Assembly (NCBI GenBank): GCA_030426325.1
Contig: JAUHYO010000001.1
Location: forward strand, 1 to 39,049
Source of the DNA: Gammaproteobacteria bacterium
Lineage (GTDB): Bacteria; Pseudomonadota; Gammaproteobacteria; Steroidobacterales; Woeseiaceae
Direction of reading: 5' to 3'
Length of the DNA: 39,049 bases
The notes beneath the pieces were generated by a model. The model saw only the letters and a program-made list of their open reading frames with translations, did not search any database and was not told the origin of the DNA. Made by a program: the position numbers and the translations under genes. This document shows positions 33,550 to 39,049 of the stretch, piece after piece (the first letter of the stretch is position 1; every line of letters starts with the position of its first letter).

Positions 33550-36360
33550 TTATTGCTTGCCGGCAACAGCTGCAAGCACGGCGTTCCACTCCGCCATGAT
33601 GTTGTCACGCAGCTCGATCGCCGGCCCGCGAAGCGCAGTCGCCTGCTCCGCATCGCCGGCGAGTTCGTATGCATCGGCGAGCAGCAGGCGCCGTTTGACG
33701 TTGTCGAGATGATCGCGACCGATGGATGCTTCGGTTATTGTGATCGCCTGCTCCAGCAACCGGATGGCGTCGGCCGGATCGCCTTCGGCCATCGCGACCT
33801 CGGCCAATCCTGTCAGGCCTTGCGCCGCCGTCGGGTGTTCACCAGCGCCGTTGCCGCGGAGGACTTCAAGCGCTTGCTCAAACGTCGCACGCGCATCGGC
33901 GATGCGACCCTGCCGCAGAATCACGTCGGCGAGATCAATGCGAGCGAGCTGCGTGAATGTATTGGTCTCGCTGATCTGGTCACTGCGGATATCGAGCCCC
34001 CTCTGCATCAGCGCCTCGGCCGTTTCCAGTTCACCGCGATCGCGCGCGACCTTGCCGAGGCCGACCAGCGTCACACTGCGATCAAAGTGACCGGCGGGTT
34101 TGTCGATTGCGGCGTAAATTTCCATCGCACGCTGGAATGCCTCGTCGGCCTGTGCAGTTGCGCCCAGGTTCGCCAGCAGGTCGCCGTGGCCATTGAGCCA
34201 GTAGGCGACCGTGTCATGAGTTTCACCGGTCTGTTCGATTTGCAGGCTTATCAACTCGATGAACAGTCGGTGCGCCTCGCCGAACTCACCCAGCTTGCCG
34301 GTGGTGTGGGCCATCGAATACATGACAAGCGGCAATTCATGATCGGCACCGCCAGAGACGCGTCGCCTGATCTCGATCGCTTCACGGTAGAGCGTCACCG
34401 CTTCGCGGTAATTGCCAAGGTCAGTATGATTGATGCCCAGGTTTTGCAGGGACGTCGCATAGGCAACGCTGTCGGGACCAAGGTGTTTCGCCACAAGCTC
34501 AGTAGCGATGGTCTCGTGCTCAATTGATTTCGGTATGTTGCCGACGATCTGGTAATACGTCGCCAGTGTCGTGTGAGGGCACCTCATTTCGTAGTCGCCA
34601 TCACCGAGTAGCGACTCATGAACGTCGAGGGAGAACAGCGCATCCTCGTACATCGCATCATAGTCGCCATTTCGATAGTGCAGGTAGGCAGCCGCGCACG
34701 CCGCGCGACCCACTTCGAATGACCGAGCGCCGTACAGCGTCTCGTATAATTCGCGCGCTTTGTTTATCGCGTCGATTCCCTCCGGGTAGCTGCCCTGCAG
34801 CAAGAAAACATCCGAAAGCGTCCATAATGCAGTGGCATGGTCCTGGCTTACCGGATGATTATCCTCGAAGTAAGCGAGGGCTTCGTGAATAAGCGCTTCT
34901 GCACGGTCGCCTTCGGCGACGTTCTTCAGGACCTTGGCAATCGTTCCCTGTAATCGTGCGCGAACCAGCGGATCCAGCGACTCGTCGGCCATAACTTTGT
35001 CAGCGCCCGTTGTGACAAGCTCCGCGACAGTCAGGCCTTCGCGACTGCGACGATAGGGGTCGCTGTCGACAAACAGGCCCGTCAGAAACTCTGCGGTTTG
35101 CAGAGCCACTTCTCGTTCGGTATTAATGCGCGCAGTGTAGAACATGGTCAGCCCGATCGCCGATGCAAGCAGCAGACCGGTCAGTGCGACCGGCAGGCGT
35201 TGACGGGCAACAAACTTCTGCATCCGGTAGCCAAGTGTGTCGCCTCGCGCACGAATCGGCAGTTGCTTCAGGTAGCGGCCCAGGTCTTCGGCCAGCGCAT
35301 CGACGGTTGCGTATCGGCGCTCGGGCTCCTTGCGCAATGCGGTTAGCAGGATGGTGTCGAGATCGCCGCGCAGCGCCTTTTTCTGCCGCAGAACCCATTG
35401 CTCCGTGGCAGTGCCGCCGACATGCGTCACCGCGCTGCTGGGCGCTTCAGCCGGCATCGAGAGAATCGCATTTTCAACATCACGCGGGTGATCGCTGGTC
35501 GGGGTGTAAGGCAGTCGTCCCGTCAGCAATCGATACAGCAGCATTCCGACGCCATAGACATCGGCCGCGGTGCTGACGGGCTGGTTGCCGAGCTGTTCCG
35601 GGCTGGCGTACAGCGGCGTGAGTGCGCGCCACTCTGCGCGCGTCTGCTCGCCGCTGGAACCGTCCTGCTCAAGCAATTTGGCAATACCGAAGTCGAGCAG
35701 ACGCGGCGCACCACTGGCATCGACCAGGATATTGCTCGGCTTGATGTCGCGGTGAATGACGAGTTGGTTGTGCGCGTACTGCAGCGCACTGCAGACATCG
35801 ACGACCAGCCGGATGATGCGCTTGTTGTCGAGCTTGTGGCTGGCGCAATAGTCGGCGATGTTTTCGCCTTCGACGTATTCCATGACGATGTACGGCAGGC
35901 CGTCCGGCGTCATGCCGCCATCAATCAGGCTTGCGATGTTGGGATGATTGAGTGAGGCGAGGATGCGGCGCTCGGCCACAAATCGGGCTTCGGCGACTTC
36001 ATCGAACTTGTGACTGTGCATGACCTTGACAGCCACACGCTGGTCAAAATCGGCGCCTTCTCGCTGGCCCATGTAGACAACGCCCATGCCGCCTTCCGCA
36101 ATCTTGTCGGTGATGCGATAGGCACCGATTGTCGTGCCGATGACCGATTTCGAGGCACGAGCCGACGCGGTCGCTATTGAGGCTCTGAGGTTGCCGGTTT
36201 CCTCGGCATCGTATTTGAGGAGCTCGAGCAGGTCGGCGGCGAGCTCCGGATCATCGCTGCAGACCTCGGCGACCCAGGCCTCGCGTTGACTTGTCGGTTG
36301 TTGCAGCGCCTGGGCCAGCAATTCGTTGAGTTGTTGCCAGCGTTTCTCGTCTGTTGTCAT
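33550..36360 (-). CDS. Ser/Thr protein kinase with one TM span and a long C-terminal TPR domain
   Basis: Hanks kinase motifs GGMGVVY, VAVKV, HRDIKPSNILV, DFGIAKL and YASPEQ. One TM span (LPVALTGLLLASAIGLTMFY). About 500 aa of TPR-like repeats follow. I chose ATG 36360 (MTTDEKRWQQLNELL); GTG 36402 is the alternative. Confidence 0.92.
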   Translation of the reverse strand: MTTDEKRWQQLNELLAQALQQPTSQREAWVAEVCSDDPELAADLLELLKYDAEETGNLRASIATASARASKSVIGTTIGAYRITDKIAEGGMGVVYMGQREGADFDQRVAVKVMHSHKFDEVAEARFVAERRILASLNHPNIASLIDGGMTPDGLPYIVMEYVEGENIADYCASHKLDNKRIIRLVVDVCSALQYAHNQLVIHRDIKPSNILVDASGAPRLLDFGIAKLLEQDGSSGEQTRAEWRALTPLYASPEQLGNQPVSTAADVYGVGMLLYRLLTGRLPYTPTSDHPRDVENAILSMPAEAPSSAVTHVGGTATEQWVLRQKKALRGDLDTILLTALRKEPERRYATVDALAEDLGRYLKQLPIRARGDTLGYRMQKFVARQRLPVALTGLLLASAIGLTMFYTARINTEREVALQTAEFLTGLFVDSDPYRRSREGLTVAELVTTGADKVMADESLDPLVRARLQGTIAKVLKNVAEGDRAEALIHEALAYFEDNHPVSQDHATALWTLSDVFLLQGSYPEGIDAINKARELYETLYGARSFEVGRAACAAAYLHYRNGDYDAMYEDALFSLDVHESLLGDGDYEMRCPHTTLATYYQIVGNIPKSIEHETIATELVAKHLGPDSVAYATSLQNLGINHTDLGNYREAVTLYREAIEIRRRVSGGADHELPLVMYSMAHTTGKLGEFGEAHRLFIELISLQIEQTGETHDTVAYWLNGHGDLLANLGATAQADEAFQRAMEIYAAIDKPAGHFDRSVTLVGLGKVARDRGELETAEALMQRGLDIRSDQISETNTFTQLARIDLADVILRQGRIADARATFEQALEVLRGNGAGEHPTAAQGLTGLAEVAMAEGDPADAIRLLEQAITITEASIGRDHLDNVKRRLLLADAYELAGDAEQATALRGPAIELRDNIMAEWNAVLAAVAGKQ

Positions 36361-36410
36361 TCGGCCGCGTCCGTTCGTTGCATGTTGCCGGGACGCAATC
36401 ACCCGGCCTA

Positions 36411-36460
36411 TTCCCTTCTAGCAGGGAATTGTAAGCAAATCCGGTCAGAAATGTTTTCTG
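36411..36460. promoter_or_regulatory. Two short palindromes in the divergent kinase / repeat-protein intergenic region
   Basis: TTCCCT-tctagc-AGGGAA lies at 36411-36428 and CAGAAA-tgt-TTTCTG at 36446-36460, both read directly. Their function is unknown. They are candidate operator sites only. Confidence 0.2.
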
Positions 36461-36551
36461 GCTGCAGGACCTGAATTTCTCGGAAAAGGCAGCGAACCGC
36501 ATATAACGGACTAGACTCAAGGTGTGACATTCGTCTTTGCAGGGGATCGAC

Positions 36552-36935
36552 ATGAACAGATTTGCAGTGGTCCTGACCGGTATTGCCATCACCTTGTCTT
36601 TTGCACCCGGCGCCGTGTCGGCCAACGAGGCGGCGATCAAAACGATGGCCCGAATCACCATGAACCTGAATCACTTTCCGTCGGATGATGACAAGGCCAC
36701 ATTGAAGGGCATCATCGACAGCGATGATAGCTCACTGGAGGCGGCCGATATTGCGCTGGCAATCGCCAATATGGAGCACAAGGTGCTGGAGGAGGATGTC
36801 GAGCGGCTGCAGGACATTATCGACGACAAGCGATCGGCTGGCGATGCGCGGACGCTGGCCAGTATCCTGCTGCGCATCAATCATTCGCCGAGCGACGAGG
36901 ACAAAAGGGCCCTGGCGGCATTGGCTGGAGGCTAG
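36552..36935 (+). CDS. Small exported protein made of three 35-residue repeats
   Basis: Signal MNRFAVVLTGIAITLSFAPGAVSA. The repeats start at aa 31, 66 and 101 (nt 36642, 36747, 36852) and share the pattern x-[MIL]-A-x-[IA]-x3-[LMI]-[NE]-H-x3-[DE]-[DE]-D-x3-L-x2-[IL]. Confidence 0.6.
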   Translation: MNRFAVVLTGIAITLSFAPGAVSANEAAIKTMARITMNLNHFPSDDDKATLKGIIDSDDSSLEAADIALAIANMEHKVLEEDVERLQDIIDDKRSAGDARTLASILLRINHSPSDEDKRALAALAGG

Positions 36936-37016
36936 AAAACCTAAAAGAGCGCTGACCCCTGGATCATCACGACCCCGAGGCCAGCACTCACAGCACACCC
37001 TGTTCGATGCAGTTTC

Positions 37017-37340
37017 CTAGTTGTTGTTCAGGCCATTCAGCAGCTGGTCGGCCAGCAGGTCGCTGACACCATCACGCACGTCGGATGGCTTGAGCACGTT
37101 AATCGCCGTTGCAACGTCCTCACCGTCGATCGTGACAAATGCCTCATAGCTGTTTCCGGCCGCGCGGTAACCCAGACCTTCCACTGACGGCACGCTCGCC
37201 GTGCCCTGGTTGACTTCGGCTTTGACCGTTTCAATCGCTTCCGTCGTCGGCAGCTTTCAGCAGGAACTCACGCCGTTTTTTCGGCGGAAGTTCTGCAGCT
37301 TGCTCGAACAGTTCTTGTACTTTTTTAGTCGGCTGGCCAT
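37017..37340 (-). CDS. Uncharacterised ORF interrupted by a single in-frame TGA (possible Sec/readthrough gene, nonsense pseudogene, or a shorter GTG-initiated gene)
   Basis: From ATG 37340 there are 27 codons, then TGA at 37259-37257, then 79 further sense codons in the same frame to TAG at 37019-37017. G+C at third positions is high on both sides. The 79-codon part has no ATG, so it is absent from the ORF track. Confidence 0.35.
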
Positions 37341-37358
37341 GATCACTGTTTGCTACAT

Positions 37359-37724
37359 CTACGACTCGTAAATAACATAAATCTTGCGCGTCGTCTCGAT
37401 GACGTCCCATTCGCCCTCGAACCCGGCCGGGATGACGAAGTTGTCGCCAGACTTCAATTCGGTTTCCTTGCCGGTCGCATCGCGCAGTATCGAGCGCCCG
37501 CCTAGGATCTGGCAAAACTCGTTCTCGGTGTACTTGATCTTCCAGCAACCTGGCTCCGCCTCCCAAATGCCGGCAAAAAACTTGTCGTCGCTACTGGTGA
37601 AGTGGTGCCACGTCCGTTGCATGGGCTTGCCGCGGACACATTTCTCTGCGGGCGTTTCGTATTCGCTGAACTCCGCTTCATTCCGGTCGAAAAAGACAAG
37701 ATCGGATAGAGATTGAATGTTCAT
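37359..37724 (-). CDS. Cupin-fold protein, DUF861 / cupin_3 type
   Basis: 121 aa. FAGIWEAEPGCWKIKYTENEFCQILGGRSILRDATGKETELKSGDNFVIPAGFEGEWDVIETTRKIYV matches the cupin_3 pattern. Confidence 0.85.
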   Translation of the reverse strand: MNIQSLSDLVFFDRNEAEFSEYETPAEKCVRGKPMQRTWHHFTSSDDKFFAGIWEAEPGCWKIKYTENEFCQILGGRSILRDATGKETELKSGDNFVIPAGFEGEWDVIETTRKIYVIYES

Positions 37725-37876
37725 TGGCGACCTCGATGGGGATCGTTGTTGGTGACACCGAAGATTAGCAGCTTCATCGGTCTTCGTATGCGTTCGCCGA
37801 TTGGCGCACGGCCATCAGTTGTGCATTATTGACGATTGTGAGTGGCAAGCTTGTTTACGAGAGGTAGTTTCTGGTC

Positions 37877-38257
37877 ATGTCATTACTGGGCAATCTGGTG
37901 TTCTTCGTTTTCGGTGGATTCATCATCTTCATCGGTTACGTGCTGGGCGGCATTTTGCTGTGCCTGACCATCATCGGCATTCCGTTTGGGCTGATGTGTT
38001 TCAGATTGGCTGGGAGCGTTATTGCGCCGTTTGGTCGCGAGGTGCGGGAAACGGAACCGCCGGGCGGGCCGATATCGCTGATCATGAATATTCTGTGGAT
38101 CATTCTGCCGGGGCTTGAACTGGCAATAATGCATTTGCTGCTCGCGGCGTTCTTTGCGTTGACGATTATCGGCTTTCCGATTGCGGTACAGCATATGAAG
38201 CTGGTGCAGGTGGCATTGTTGCCATTTGGGCATGTGATGCGGGAAACTACGCGCTAG
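37877..38257 (+). CDS. yccF: YccF-family inner membrane protein (2 x DUF307)
   Basis: NLVFFVFGGFIIFIGYVLGGILLCLTIIGIPFGLMCFRLAGSVIAPFG and NILWIILPGLELAIMHLLLAAFFALTIIGFPIAVQHMKLVQVALLPFG form the duplicated YccF motif. Confidence 0.85.
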   Translation: MSLLGNLVFFVFGGFIIFIGYVLGGILLCLTIIGIPFGLMCFRLAGSVIAPFGREVRETEPPGGPISLIMNILWIILPGLELAIMHLLLAAFFALTIIGFPIAVQHMKLVQVALLPFGHVMRETTR

Positions 38258-38309
38258 GCAAGGTTCTGTCGTTGTTGCGGTCGACGGCGTCGGTTCAGTA
38301 CAGGCAAGT

Positions 38310-39049
38310 ATGGAGGGTCAGACTTTGACGACGAGCGACAACTCCGATACACCCGATGCACTCAGTGAGGATGAGAATGCACGATTCTACCGCGCAGCCG
38401 ACCTGACGCTTCGCGAAGGTCGCTTCGTCCATTCGAACCTTGTTCTTGCGCGTTCGGGCGTGTCTTGCACAGAACAGCAGATGATTGCGGTTATGCGCTC
38501 GTGGTGTGAGTCGAGAGACTACCCGCTGAGCCGAATCCACGTCGGCAGAATGGGCGCGATCATGATGGGCCTTGTCGGATGCGCTGCATTGATTCTCGGG
38601 CTGGTGGCATCCATTGAGGGAAACCGCTCGGGACGAACCGTCGGTCATATTTTGCTCGTGTTGAGTATCCCCCTGATTATTGGTGCTGTCGTGCTTTGGC
38701 GGTCCACCAGCCGCATCCGCGACGAACAGGTTCGTAAAGCAAACTCTGTTTGCCCCGAATGCCACGACAAACTGGGATCGGCTTCAAGTTGCGGCTGCGG
38801 CTACCTGACACTTGGCGACAAGGCGGAGCGCAGTCCGCCAGCGACCGGCGTCGAGCGGAAAGACCTCGCCGGCGAAGAAGCGCAACATCATGGCCTCCCG
38901 GAAGAGCTCGGCCCATCGGTCTGGCAGGTTAAGCTGGCGACGGGTATTGAGAGCTTCACCGCCTTCGACGAAGTCCGTGAAAAAATTCTGCAAGGCGACA
39001 TCACTGCGTCCAACGAATTCAGAATTCTCGACCCGCAGGCGGACAGTGA
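38310..39049 (+). CDS. Hypothetical membrane protein with Cys4 zinc-ribbon-like motif and GYF_2-like C-terminal region (3' end beyond window)
   Basis: Absent from the ORF track because no stop lies in the window. From ATG 38310 the frame reads MEGQTLTTSDNSDTPDAL..., then two TM spans (MGAIMMGLVGCAALILGLVASI and HILLVLSIPLIIGAVVLW), then CPECHDKLGSASSCGCGY, then VWQVKLATGIESFTAFDEVREKILQGDI. It is still open at 39049. Confidence 0.55.
   Translation, partial: MEGQTLTTSDNSDTPDALSEDENARFYRAADLTLREGRFVHSNLVLARSGVSCTEQQMIAVMRSWCESRDYPLSRIHVGRMGAIMMGLVGCAALILGLVASIEGNRSGRTVGHILLVLSIPLIIGAVVLWRSTSRIRDEQVRKANSVCPECHDKLGSASSCGCGYLTLGDKAERSPPATGVERKDLAGEEAQHHGLPEELGPSVWQVKLATGIESFTAFDEVREKILQGDITASNEFRILDPQADS

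Noticed and set aside
33145-34527. 460-aa plus-strand ORF opposite the kinase TPR region and the sigma factor gene
   Set aside because: It is antisense to ORFs with unambiguous kinase/TPR and ECF signatures. It is Arg-rich and has no recognisable domain.
37037-37566. Track ORFs 37037..37234 (-) and 37231..37566 (-)
   Set aside because: The first is an Arg/Thr/Cys-rich frame overlapping the better-looking 79-codon frame. The second mostly overlaps the cupin gene out of frame. Only its last 29 codons are discussed, as the -1 frame in the interrupted-ORF finding.
38295-38993. Minus-strand ORFs 38295..38765 and 38784..38993
   Set aside because: They are antisense to the open plus-strand frame, which has TM helices and Cys4/GYF-like features. 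Their composition is His/Arg/Ala-rich with no motifs.
1-39049. Search for CRISPR arrays, tRNA/rRNA genes, IS elements, integrases, toxin-antitoxin pairs or known defence-system genes
   Set aside because: By eye I saw no direct-repeat arrays, tRNA-like cloverleaf sequences, transposase or recombinase motifs, or nuclease/ATPase defence signatures. A computational scan (tRNAscan, Infernal, ISfinder, DefenseFinder) would be needed to be certain.

Overview
This is a high-GC (roughly 55-60% by eye), proteobacterial-looking chromosomal segment, densely coding on both strands. I support 35 protein-coding regions. Two of them are cut by the window edges and are absent from the supplied ORF track. I see no rRNA, tRNA, CRISPR array, transposase or integrase. 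Layout: (i) 1-9.3 kb is an envelope and cell-wall-peptide cluster: a class C-type serine hydrolase lipoprotein, an NhaC-type antiporter, lysA, a MurR/RpiR regulator, a Tat-signal LD-carboxypeptidase, a class A-like serine hydrolase lipoprotein, an M20 peptidase and an HGSNAT-like membrane acyltransferase. (ii) 9.4-15.4 kb holds a di-haem peroxidase-like lipoprotein, a cytochrome c, and two ECF sigma factors without canonical anti-sigma partners, one of them Cys-rich. (iii) Next come a large secreted Calx-beta/DUF11 protein and a lower-GC block of ORFan membrane proteins. (iv) Then an S9 peptidase, a ygiQ-MFS operon, an acyltransferase, pyruvate carboxylase, an SLC13/TrkA-C transporter and kdgK. 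(v) Then a Ser/Thr kinase-TPR plus TIGR02999-type ECF sigma module, with a divergent protein built of three 35-residue repeats. (vi) Finally a cupin, an ORF interrupted by one in-frame TGA, yccF and a partial zinc-ribbon membrane protein. Nothing here is a recognisable defence or mobile system. The most interesting items are the non-canonical sigma-factor control modules, the exported muropeptide-processing gene set and the interrupted ORF. All family calls come from motif recognition by eye, not from database searches.
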